Positions 50,284-60,838 of a stretch of 64,000 nucleotides of DNA are shown piece after piece. The notes beneath the pieces were generated by a model. The model ran no database searches. It was not told the origin of the DNA and saw only the letters and a program-made list of their open reading frames with translations. Origin of the DNA: a virus (lineage: Duplodnaviria > Caudoviricetes); the IMG/VR virus record IMGVR_UViG_3300021255_001258, positions 32,001 through 96,000 of that record, one strand, 5' to 3'. Both the position numbers and the translations under genes were made by a program. Each line of letters starts with the position of its first letter. The first letter of the stretch is position 1.

Positions 50284-51676
50284 TCAAGCGGGCAATGTCC
50301 ACTGACCAAAGTAACGGCCAAGCATGGTTGCAATACCATAAGAACGCTGTACTTCATACTTCATGATATCGTCCCATCTACCATGCTCTTCACCCTTCTC
50401 TGTAATTTCGTCAATCTCCGTCTCGCCCACATCAATCATCTTAATAAATTTATCAGTCTGGCTAGCCGGAAGAATCCAAAGTTTTGTATTATCTACAAGT
50501 GGCGTCAGATTTGTCTTGCTTGTAAATCTCTGCGGAAGCTCCATAAGAACTGTCCCCTCATAATCGCCCATACGGCCACTATGAGAAACATCTTCTTTCA
50601 GAGACTGCGCTCTCCAGTTGACATCAGAAAGAGCATTCAGTTTCTTCAGAGCAGTCTTAGTACCAAGAATTACAACAGAAGATTCGTTTGCTGTTTCAAC
50701 ATTAGCAATAATAGCGTCGAAGTTGTCCTTGGTTGTAGAACTAAGAGCACCAGAACCAACAAATCCAGCGCTAATAGCAGCCGGGATTGCAGTCGCAGCA
50801 GACAGGAGCTGTGCGTAAATTTCCTGCTGAATCTGAACAGTAAACGCTTTTGCAATTGCATTACAAAGAGTGGACCAGTCCTCTCTTCCGATCATATAGA
50901 GATTAATGTCTGCACCAACAGCAGCCCCATATCTCTGATAAGGAATGGTGATTGCCTGTCCCTTACCCAATCTCTGAAGCAGCCGATCATGATGTGAAAC
51001 GCCAACTTTAGAAATAGAAAGGATTACATCGTCTTCGCTATAAAACTCATAAGCATCGCCAAGGGCAATATTTCTATAATCCACGAAATTGTTGAAAAAT
51101 TCGTTATCTTTAAAGCCATTAGAAATAACAACATCTCATGTAATCTATGTTTTCACATAGCACTGACTATATCTTAACGGATTGTTTATCCGCAAAACCC
51201 ATTTCAAACTGCGTATCAATAGCAGTCTTACTCCTCCGATACGAGGATAGTCGATACAGGTTATAACCACACTTGGGTTATCTTCCCACGGGATTACCAT
51301 GTCATAAATGATTTAGGCTTCCCCGTTAGCATATGTGCTATTTTTTCTATGTACACATACCCCGTTGATGAAACGGTAAAGGTTTAACAGGCAGATATTA
51401 AACTACCACTTCTTCTATGATATCAAAGAATTCGCGTCCATGTTCTCTATATGCTCTCTTCAGTTCACGATTTGAAGAATTCTCATTTACTCCAAAAATC
51501 TTCTAACAAATTGTACGAAGTTTTGTCTCAGCTTCTGCTCTAGCAACTACACGTTCTCCATCAAAAATCTCATTACCCATAGCAAGATCAAACATAAGAT
51601 TCTTTACTTCGTCATAATTTGTGTCCATTTCAGAAAAAACATTCATAACATTAGCTGAAAAATTATATTTTCTCAT
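50284..51676 (-). CDS. Major capsid protein, spliced (exons 51676-51405 and 51136-50284), one TAG, 374 aa
   Basis: Splicing restores FDIIEEVV|DVVISNGF...FVDYRNIALGD; AAGGAGGG RBS; follows the scaffold and decoration genes. Confidence 0.88.
51137..51404 (-). ncRNA. Group I intron (268 nt, no ORF) in major capsid gene
   Basis: IGS AUAUCU-GCC pairs with the 5' exon GGU (P1) and the 3' exon AGAUGU (P10); canonical P7 GACUA / AAGAUAUAGUC; terminal G. Confidence 0.93.
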
Positions 51677-51702
51677 CTTTTATTCCCTCCTTTCTTCTAA
51701 AA

Positions 51703-52191
51703 TTAGTTACCAACTACAAGTTTCTTACTTGCAACAGTGAGAGCTTTACCAACAGCTGGAGTTCCAGTAAACGCTTCATCGGAAACTTCAAAAACGTCTC
51801 CAACTGTCAGAGTATAAGCCTTTACTACCTCATTGGCGGCGTTCCAGAAATTAGATTCATCTGCAAGCTCTCTCGGAGATTCGTAAGGAATAATCGGAGA
51901 GTTATAAACCAACAGAGCTTCACTATCGGTCGGTACAGTCATAACTTCGACATACCAATATCCTCTTGCGGATTTGCCAACAATCTTTGCAGTAAACCCA
52001 TTCGGACATGCTGCTTCTGTGTAATTATCAAAACCAGGAGTCCAAGCCCCTTTGGTTCTAGAAATAATGTTGCCATTATCAGCGGCAGTAGTAAGTTTCA
52101 CATCGAAAATGTGTGCGCCCATATTCCCGGCCAAAACTTTGGACGGAAAGCAGATGGCGTGTTTTGTCATATTGGGAGTTCCATATGCCAT
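51703..52191 (-). CDS. Putative head decoration/capsid cement protein
   Basis: 162 aa between scaffold and capsid; DNG..., LTVGDVFEVS. Confidence 0.7.
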   Translation of the reverse strand: MAYGTPNMTKHAICFPSKVLAGNMGAHIFDVKLTTAADNGNIISRTKGAWTPGFDNYTEAACPNGFTAKIVGKSARGYWYVEVMTVPTDSEALLVYNSPIIPYESPRELADESNFWNAANEVVKAYTLTVGDVFEVSDEAFTGTPAVGKALTVASKKLVVGN

Positions 52192-52303
52192 AATTTCATA
52201 TCTCCTTTCTACAATTTAAGTTTATTGCTAACTAACTTTTTTAAATAATCCTCACAATAAATACTTGTGGATTTCCATCCTTATCAAAACCAGCTTTCTC
52301 CAA

Positions 52304-52330
52304 AATAAAAAAGAGCCGCCGAAGCGACTC
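52304..52330 (-). terminator. Rho-independent terminator
   Basis: GAGTCGC-TTCG-GCGGCTC followed by TTTTTTATTTT. Confidence 0.85.
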
Positions 52331-52408
52331 AAAACTGGATAGCAGGACTGGGGGAACTTCCCCATAATGTCCTTTATCAATCCACAGATTGACCACAATA
52401 TTAAGTTA

Positions 52409-54094
52409 TTATTTCTTGAACAGATTCCCGTATCTGCCAGGTTTCTTATTGAGATTCTGACCAAACTGTTTCATACCAACGGTCTTTTTCTTCTCATTCT
52501 TCTCGGCAAACTCAATTTTATTTCCCTTAGCATACGCAAGCAGGAGTTCGTCTGCCTTTGCACGAACATCCTCAACAGCCATGTCGAAGTGGTTCTCTTC
52601 CTTCTTCAGTTCTACAAACTCAGCCGTCTCGGCAATATTTGCATAATCATCCGAATTAAGAATCTCCATCTTATCCGGCTCGGACTCATATTTAGCGAGC
52701 TTTTCAACAGTAGAAGAGTAGTTGGCTCTCATATCATCAAGTTTCTTGATCTCATCCTCTGTCAGATATTGTGCGAACACCGCAACGCGATCACCAACAA
52801 GTGAGTAGACATCTTTCTTGACCTTATAAGACTGCTTAAATGCTTTATCATTCCACCAGTCTTTCATAACAACATACTTATCATCATCATAAACGGTTAC
52901 ATCATACCAGGCATTATCTGTCTCAGAATATGTATCATTTACGAGAGTGGAAAGCGCATAAATCTTATCTTGCAGACTGACGGAAAATTCTTTGGTTACT
53001 TCGCCGTAGGTAACAGAATGAGTAACTTTTCTCGGAAGTGTATCATCATCAATAACAACTTCTTCCTCTTCAGGCTCTTCTGGATCGGTTTCTTCAGGAT
53101 TGGTTTCCTCTGGATCGTCATCCGCAAAATTCTCATCCTGCGGCTCCTCTTCCGGCTTTACTTCATCTTCAGAGGTAGAAGGATCTTCCTCTTCGAATGC
53201 TTTTGCAAAAGCCTCCTCAAGTTCTTCATCTGTCAAGCCTTCATACTCGAAATCAATATCCTCTACGGTTTTACCGTACTTTTCCAGTAATTCGTTAAAC
53301 TTCACTTGATCTTTTCCTCCTTCCTCTAAATTTTGCGCGGAGTTATCCGCTTTATTACTAATGCGTTTTACAATAGCATCGGCAATCGAATCAATAATTT
53401 GAGCGTTAAATGTGAGAGAGTTATTGGCAATGCTGAAATCTTCAATCTGGACATGGGCATTTTCCATGCCCTCCTATACATCTTGCCCGGTCTCGGGATC
53501 CTTGCCGAGCAAAGTTAGACCCATAACATCAACATCCTCAAGCATGAGGACTTTATCTTTTGCCGAATATGAAAGTTCGTTAACTCCCAATTCAACCGAA
53601 CATTTTGTTCCATTTTTCCGCTCAATAATCTCAGCGGCATCCGTATATTCACGCGGAATTGCCACCTTCGCAAATATATTCATACGATCTTCGTGGTCTG
53701 GGTCTTGCTCCATATATGCCTTATCCGCAGTGAAACATCCGACCTGTTTCTCGTAATAAACATATTCGCCATTTTCGTCTATGTCAAAATCGTGACTCGT
53801 AAAATCCCTTACTCCATCAATTTCGCAAAAATTCGCAAGGACTGGTTTATATGCGAGATTCTTGATTGCCTTCTTGGCAGCATCCTCTGTCAAAGAGCTT
53901 TTGTTTCTGTTGACTCCCGTATGCATAACCAAAACGTTCCCAAAGAATAGATTATTATCTATTTCTTCATCAATGCTGAATCTTACCGGAATCTGTACAC
54001 AAATCTGATATCCAGAATCCTTTGCACTAAACTTTGCAAAATTATTTTGTTCACAGAATTTTACGAGGTCATCCAATGTCAATAGTTTGTGCAT
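52409..54094 (-). CDS. Prohead protease-scaffold fusion, 561 aa (single TAG at 53474)
   Basis: MHTGVNRNKS, KCSVEL and GLTLLG in the protease part; acidic coiled-coil C-terminal half; two track ORFs in frame. Confidence 0.8.
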
Positions 54095-54142
54095 TGGACT
54101 ATTCCTCCTTCCTTCAGAAATCTCGCCCGAAGTGGGAGAGTA

Positions 54143-54319
54143 TTAAAAATGAAGGATATTCGTTGTCTGAACATCCTTCATTTCATCACTTGAAAAAGTT
54201 ATTTTATTGTCATTGATAAACATCCAACGAGTTCCTTGCTTTGGCAATTCTTGAAAACCAAGTTTTCTTAATTCTTCTGCGGTTGCCTCGTCGGTTGTTG
54301 CTATAAAATTTTTATCCAT
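54143..54319 (-). CDS. Small hypothetical protein, 58 aa
   Basis: MDKNFIATTDEATAEELRKLGFQEL; AAGGTG RBS. Confidence 0.7.
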   Translation of the reverse strand: MDKNFIATTDEATAEELRKLGFQELPKQGTRWMFINDNKITFSSDEMKDVQTTNILHF

Positions 54320-54331
54320 TTATATCACCTT

Positions 54332-55873
54332 TTATTGATTCCTGGATCTTTCACCAGAATCCGAAATTGGCTCAGTATCATCCAAACTGGGTCTTCCAAC
54401 GTCATTCGAATCTCCACTAGAAGTAAATGAAGATGAAAGTGGGAAAACCATTTTATCCTGCAATTTTAATACATCTGTTTCAAACCATAGATTCGCTAGA
54501 GATTCTTTTTCACTCACTCCAAGAAGTGTATTATATGCAATTCTATTGGCAAATGAATACTGACAACTCTCAAGCATCGATTTTCTAAATTCTTCTTTTG
54601 TGTAGATACTTATCTCAAAATGATCCACTTTACAAGGATTAGACAGTTCATAGCTCAACATACGATTAACCCATCCGTTAATCTATGGCATAAGAGTAGA
54701 AATGGCAAATTCTGTCTCTTCTTTTAGCCAAGCATTTAAAGCTGCAGTGGAATCAATTTGCGAAGAATTAAGAATGGCACCACCACCACCAGTAGACAAA
54801 ATTTGATTGGAAGCCTTTTCAACTCTATTAACATCATTATCTACAGAACTAGAAAAATCTATAACCTTTAATTCATCCCCAGGGATAACAGCTCCGGCAA
54901 CATATGGTGGCAATCCGGTTTCTAATAATCGGTTAAAATAATCCAGAGTTATATCAGGAGTTACCTCAAAGTCATCGGCTTCATCGGTTCCAGACAAGAC
55001 CTTCATTGGTAAATAAACTAGCTTATATATGCTGAGTTCGTCGGCAACAGCCTGTTGGTCTTTGTTGTCTTCAAGAGCCGTAAGCTGCAAGAATAAACTT
55101 GAAAACGGTGGAACAACCGTATCCCATAAATCAGATCTGAATTTTAGAACAACTGCATATTCATCTGGACAATGTACATATTTAACTCCAGTTCGTTCAT
55201 ATTCTGCATACATTTCTTTAAGCGGAGAGCCAAGAAACTCTATAATGGCCTGTCTTTGCGCATTTCTCCACTTTGACATATCTATAGCCATCGAAAAATC
55301 TTTTGTCATATAACGTCCATCAATAATACAATCGTCAGGATCTAGCCGGAATAAAAACATACCAGTATCATCCATAAATTTAAGCCCATAATAAACATCT
55401 TCAACGTATGTATTGATTAATGCTTCAGTAAAAGCGTCATGAATACCCATGCGTTCAAGGACTTCAATTGTATCATTCATAGACTTTAATGCTTTTGTCG
55501 CATCTCCACCTTTTACTAAATCGTATGTCGGTGTCACTTTACGACATCGCAAATCCCACATATTTGCATAAAAATTAACAATCCGAAAATATATATTAGA
55601 CCTATAATATAAATATCTGGAAACTGCCCTGAAATTACTTTCATTAGCTGCAATATTAGCATAATATGTAGATAACGTTTCTTTGTTAATTGTTGTTATT
55701 GTCCTTGCTGTCTAAGACCTAGATGTATCGCGCAATTGTCGCAACGCATCTTTCGCATTGGCATACCGCTCAATATTATTTTTATTTTTAGAATACCATT
55801 CACGAATCTCTTCGATAGAAGGGTTATCCTTTTCAGATAGTGTCACTGTTGACACCTGTTTTTTAGTCGCCAA
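54332..55873 (-). CDS. Portal protein, 513 aa (recoded)
   Basis: Between terminase and protease; C-terminal PLSSSFTSSG..GRP; TTG start after AAGGAGG. Confidence 0.8.
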
Positions 55874-55887
55874 CTGGCAACACCTCC

Positions 55888-57807
55888 TTATAGTGAACTA
55901 AACCGCCTACCAGGTCTAATGGTGAGGCGATTAATAAAATCTTTATTATCTGGTTTTTTGCGCTGACGAATCTAATCTTCTTGCCTCATTATTGCAAGAC
56001 AATGAGCAAGCAAACACAATGTATAAGATCTATCATCGCCAATTAAATTCTAAAAACCCGGAGCTAAATCATAGCGAATATTATTATTGGAAGACTTGTA
56101 TCTATACATATGAGTGACTTCTTCTTTCATAGCATCAATCTGTTTTAATGCCTGCTCTTCATCAGCAGTTAATTTATATATTTCTTCATTTTCCTCATCT
56201 CCGTCTTGCACAAGAAATGAGAGATTCCCATGATAATCATAATCGGCAGTAAATGATATTAAATCCTGTTCAATTAACTCAATTAATTCTGTATACATCT
56301 ACACTTTATATTTAGAAGGTTCAATCATTCGCACTACATCTATATTGTCTGGATATCTTTTAATATAAGGTTGACAAAAATCATAAGTCTTATCCATCAG
56401 ACCTCTATGTTTATAATCAGGATCATTTTTATGATGTTTCTCATACCACTCATCAAATAAATATCCCAATACTTGGGTTGCACCACCGCCGCTTCCTGCA
56501 TCCATCATAAGGTATTTAATATTCTTGTAATCAGGAACGCCTATACCATTATAATTGATCAATTCTTCACGAACTCTATCAACTTGCTATGGTGTTGTCA
56601 ACGGTTTTCGCGTTTCTTTATCAATTAAATTAATGCAATTAACAATCTCCATATGCCAACCACGCTTATCATTATGCAATAGTTTCCCAACACTCAAGAT
56701 GCTATTATCCTTTTTCGCTGCCAAGTCCCATGCAAGAACATACAAACTCTTATTGTCTGCATTTACAAGTTCCGGCGGACGAACAACACTATTCCTAAGA
56801 ATTTGAGACTTCTTAACAATTATTTGGTCTCCGCCATCAATATCAAATTTATTTCTATATTCTCGATTCGCCTTTATAGGATTGATCTTCATTTCAGAAT
56901 CTATTTTTTCCTATGTTAAAAGCGGAACGGGATAAACTTTGCCATTATAGGTCGCATTCATTACCAGGTCACAATCTATATCAAAACAAGCATATCTTTT
57001 ATCTCCGGCCATACTGTGTAGAGCATACTCTTTATACATCCTATAAAAATAATCATCCACAGATCCGGCAGAAGATGCAAATATAACTTGATTGGGAAAA
57101 TTCGGCGGCAATAATGAAACGTCAATATTACCACCAAGAGCAAAGTCAGAGTTCTGACTAACGAACGGAAGAGTAGCAGTATACATATCTTCCAGAACAT
57201 ATGACGCTTCGTCATAGAAATTCAAACGAGAACGCTTACCACGCGACGCATCAAAATTACTGTTTACTGTAGCAATCGTAGAACCAGAATACAATTTATA
57301 ACTCCACGAGTTTGGGTTGTGAGAAAACCCATTCGAATTTGCCTGACTTTTGACAAGTTCGTTCATGAATACGTCTGTAAGACCAGTAAAACTCGCAATT
57401 TCTTTCTTGGTGATAGCCTCAATCTTTTTCATCATGCCAATACTTTGTGCTCCAGTACCAGACAGGATATATCCCTCGAAATACGGAAGAAGAAGAGTTT
57501 TTGCCATTAAAAATGGACTACCTAATGTAGTTTTGCCACTGTTTCGGCTCATGCACCAAACCACATATGGAGTAATCCAACTTTCCATAAATACATATTT
57601 CTAATAATCCAAAAACTCTATCCCCATAAAACGTTCGCAAAATTTAACCGGATTTCTACGTCCCCACTAAATTATTTCTGCGGTTTTCTTTAAACCTTCA
57701 AGCCGAAGATTAGACATATCATAGTAAGTAGGTTTTACAAAATATGTATAATTCTTCGGATTAAATTCCTCAATTTCTTTACCAAGTAAAGTAATATTTT
57801 CACTCAT
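55888..57807 (-). CDS. terL: Terminase large subunit, 639 aa (recoded)
   Basis: Walker A SRNSGKTT, Walker B FYDEA, nuclease AWDLA and DDR; four track ORFs in frame via TAG. Confidence 0.92.
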
Positions 57808-58996
57808 CTATAACATTTAATGCTTCGTCGATAATATTTCTCTCTATAAGAAAATCTTTTAAATCTTTGTTTTCTTTACGGAGTAACCTACAATATTCAA
57901 CAGCATTATCCCTTTCTTTTTGCAATGTATGAAGAAGCTGTGCCTGATGTTGAACCTCTCGTTCCCAGTCATTTTCATCAGGATTAAGCTGCTTCATCTG
58001 ATTCTGAAAATTAGCCTCCATTATATTGGAAATGGCAGCATTAGTCTCGTAGTCAAACGTATTTATCTCAATGTCATCTAAATTCATTTCTGACATTTCC
58101 TTAATGATACCACTAAGAGTTCCAGCTCCTTTACTTTTACTATTGTTATGGTTAACGGATATACCGTTATCTTTCGCAAGAGCAAGAGCAGAATTTATCA
58201 TCTTTTGCTTTGTGTCAGCTAATGACTTTATTGTAGAGATTACAGCCGGATTTTCGCCAAGCTGTTTTTTATATTTAGAAATTGCGTCATTGATTGTTTT
58301 AATGTCCTTAAAACTTTGCACAATCTCAATTACTGCTTCTAACTTTAATCCATCGTCTCGTACAGAATCATCAAAATAACTAACAAGTTTTGCATAAAGA
58401 ATCGGCTGTTCTTCAATCGGCTCATTCTCAAACGGGTCATAACCAAGGAAGCGGAGAGTAGTCTTCTTATTTATTTCATAAGTACTTCTCACATCTTCCG
58501 CCAAATCATCGGCAGTCTTTGGCTCTTTAATAATATACTGACCACCACCCGCCACATTCTTCTTAAACATATCTGAATCAAAAAAGTCCATTCCGACCCA
58601 GTTGACCATTTGTATATTTTTTATGTAGGCGGCCCATGGATTATGTTTGACTTTCCCAGCTACAAGATTATCTGATTCTTGCACACTTGCATCCCAAACA
58701 GTATTAATAAACGGTTTATTCAGTAGCTTAAGAGCTTCAATACAAGACTCTTTTGTTACTTCATGTTCAATACCGTCCTCATCAACTTGAAGCGCAATTT
58801 TTCGCGCACATTCTTTACACACACAACCAACCTCACATTTACAATGTGGATCAGTATTGACATAGAATTTGCTTTTATCTTTAAGGACACCGCAAACAAT
58901 ACAGCGCACCCCATTTTCAAGCAACTTCTTCATTTTTTCGTTTTCTTCCCGTACCTGTGCTATGGGGATTTTCTTCTCTTGTTTTACCACAGCCAT
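57800..58996 (-). CDS. Zn-finger protein upstream of terL (possible small terminase)
   Basis: CxxC..CKEC; LGYDPF; overlaps the terL start. Confidence 0.65.
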   Translation of the reverse strand: MAVVKQEKKIPIAQVREENEKMKKLLENGVRCIVCGVLKDKSKFYVNTDPHCKCEVGCVCKECARKIALQVDEDGIEHEVTKESCIEALKLLNKPFINTVWDASVQESDNLVAGKVKHNPWAAYIKNIQMVNWVGMDFFDSDMFKKNVAGGGQYIIKEPKTADDLAEDVRSTYEINKKTTLRFLGYDPFENEPIEEQPILYAKLVSYFDDSVRDDGLKLEAVIEIVQSFKDIKTINDAISKYKKQLGENPAVISTIKSLADTKQKMINSALALAKDNGISVNHNNSKSKGAGTLSGIIKEMSEMNLDDIEINTFDYETNAAISNIMEANFQNQMKQLNPDENDWEREVQHQAQLLHTLQKERDNAVEYCRLLRKENKDLKDFLIERNIIDEALNVIDE

Positions 58997-59027
58997 CCGC
59001 CGTAGCACCTCCTTTTATTCATTTTAA

Positions 59028-59101
59028 CGGGGATAGATGGACTCGAACCACCGGCCTAGTGATTAACAGTCACTCGCTGCCACCAACTGAGCTATATCCC
59101 C
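59028..59101 (-). tRNA. tRNA-Asn (GUU)
   Basis: GGGGATA/TATCCCC acceptor; AGTGA-CTGTTAA-TCACT anticodon arm; TTCGAGT T loop. Confidence 0.92.
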
Positions 59102-59112
59102 GTAACCAAAAA

Positions 59113-59184
59113 TTGGAGCGACAAGAGTCGAACTTGCCTGATCTAGTTCCCAAAACTAGCGCCTCGCCGATAGGCTACGCCCCA
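59113..59184 (-). tRNA. tRNA-Pro (UGG)
   Basis: TGGGGCG/CGCTCCA acceptor; CTAGT-TTTGGGA-ACTAG anticodon arm; TTCGACT T loop. Confidence 0.88.
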
Positions 59185-59249
59185 ACAAAAAATAAAAAAC
59201 CAATGCAGGCATCGGCTCCTCTAAAAACCTCAACGGTTTTTGTTCCGAA

Positions 59250-59312
59250 TTCTACCAACGGGAATCGAACCCGAAGCAGAAGAGCAGATACTCCTCTGCG
59301 CACCAACATAGA
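59250..59312 (-). ncRNA. tRNA-like element lacking a D arm
   Basis: CGGG-TTCGATT-CCCG T arm, 9-bp hairpin and partial acceptor stem. Confidence 0.45.
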
Positions 59313-59314
59313 CA

Positions 59315-59431
59315 TTATTTAATAGCAATTACAATCCAAAGCATTAAAGACATAATGGCGGTACTTCCAAGAATCGCCACAACCTCCTATAATACTTCTA
59401 CGGCGGTCTTTTTAATTTGATTCACATCCAT
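59315..59431 (-). CDS. Small membrane protein, 38 aa (one TAG)
   Basis: GGAGGTG RBS; hydrophobic C-terminus. Confidence 0.5.
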
Positions 59432-59517
59432 CACCTCCAATATATATAAACAGCGTATAACCATAAACTTAGCTGTGCCGCGCTCTAGAAACGCAAGTTT
59501 TCATGGGTAACATAAAT

Positions 59518-59742
59518 TTATCTACAAACATCATTAATGATGTCTGCTATTTTACAAAGTTCTTCCCGGTCACGAGAATCATATCCGGTATCTTTAATTA
59601 AAGCATGAGCAAGATGAATGCAAAAATTTTGAAGAAATTCATCCTACTCATTTGTTGTCTCATCTGGAGACTTGCAAATTGTGTCATATACTTGATTATA
59701 CTTATCAAGACATTCCCGTGTGTATTTGTATAAATCTTTCAT
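59518..59742 (-). CDS. Hypothetical protein, 74 aa (one TAG)
   Basis: AAGGAG RBS; open to TAA. Confidence 0.55.
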
Positions 59743-59754
59743 AGTATACTCCTT

Positions 59755-60615
59755 TTAATCCAGTATTAAATCATCTAATTCTAAATTGTCAGAATCTAGA
59801 TCATTCATATAATCATAGACATCAAAATATTTATTTATACCAAGCTCTTGTCTTTTCCTGTTTACATACTCTTCAAGCTGTTCTGGCGTATTATCATACA
59901 CTCCATATTCATAATGAAATGATCCGGGAATTGCCAAATTATGATGGTCTCTACATAAACAGATACCATTATAAATAGAGAATCTAGATTCTGGATGAGA
60001 AGAAAATGGGTAAATATGATGATATTCACTATTCTATGTAGAACCACAAACCACACACTCGCCGCCTGTTTTCTTGAGAACTTCTTTTTTCCAATCCCGG
60101 TATAAGCCAGTTTTGCGAAGTTCTCTAATGGCAGATCGATCACCATCTTCTGATGTACTTGTCTCCGTGGCATGTCTATTTTTCCCATAACAAGATGCTC
60201 TTAGGCCACTTTTAAGTTTTCCTGCTAAAACAGAAACTTCTCTACCACATGTACATTTACACATCCAATAAGTAATTTTCTTTTCTCTCGTTTTTTCTTC
60301 GTCAAAATATAAAGCAGTCAAATTCCCGAATTGTTGCCCAGTTAAATCTTCTCTCGTTTGGCCACCATGTCCTCCTGTACACTGCAAACATTGAAAAACG
60401 CGATCCGGTTTTTCAGTAAAACCCAAAAGTCTTCTACTTTCGCTTTCATGGATACCATTTGGACATTTGAAATAATATTTAGTTTTGGTTCTAGCTGGCA
60501 CTTCCGACGGCAGTTTATCATTCCTCTCATAGTCCCAAAGATCCAACAAATCCTGACGATTATTTTCAATACACCATTCTTCGAACGTCTATTTACATGT
60601 ATACCTGTTACCCAT
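59755..60615 (-). CDS. Free-standing HNH (homing-type) endonuclease with zinc ribbons, 286 aa (two TAGs)
   Basis: DLTGQQFGNL, WMCKCTCG, CVVCG...HHI...NGICLCRDHH. Confidence 0.85.
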
Positions 60616-60638
60616 ATTTTTTACCTCCTATAGTAAAT

Positions 60639-60717
60639 TCCTAGTTATTAAATGCGAGAAGAGAAGTCTAGGAGCACTTCTCTCATGAGGTTAATTACTC
60701 CTCATGTTTCTCGCATT
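60639..60717 (-). ncRNA. Structured RNA (three-way junction with pseudoknot) in HNH leader
   Basis: AAUGCGAGAA/UUCUCGCAUU closes CAUGAGG/CCUCAUG and GAGAAGU/ACUUCUC; loop UCCUAG is complementary to downstream CUAGGA. Confidence 0.6.
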
Positions 60718-60720
60718 AAA

Positions 60721-60808
60721 CAAGCCCGGAGGGACTCGAACCCTCATTCGCGGCATCAGACGCTCTTACAGATTTAGAGTCTGCTGTTTTGCATTAAACT
60801 ACGGGCCT
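60721..60808 (-). tRNA. Amber suppressor tRNA (anticodon CUA)
   Basis: AGGCCCG/CGGGCTT acceptor, G73; GCAGA-CTCTAAA-TCTGT anticodon arm; GAGGG-TTCGAGT-CCCTC T arm; 22-nt variable region. Confidence 0.92.
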
Positions 60809-60838
60809 TTATAGCGCAGCTTCCACTACGCCAAAACA

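Noticed and set aside
6098-57807. Degraded prophage or sequencing errors as the cause of the fragmented ORFs
   Set aside because: Breaks are TAG with frame preserved; no TAA/TGA or frameshifts were seen apart from the three introns, and a CUA tRNA is present.
55888-57807. Intein or intron in terminase
   Set aside because: The length is ordinary, the frame is continuous with TAG as sense, and no splicing motifs were seen.
60640-60720. HDV-like theta ribozyme after the suppressor tRNA
   Set aside because: I could not fit the nested double-pseudoknot or catalytic C; the fold seen is a three-way junction. A descriptor search would settle it.
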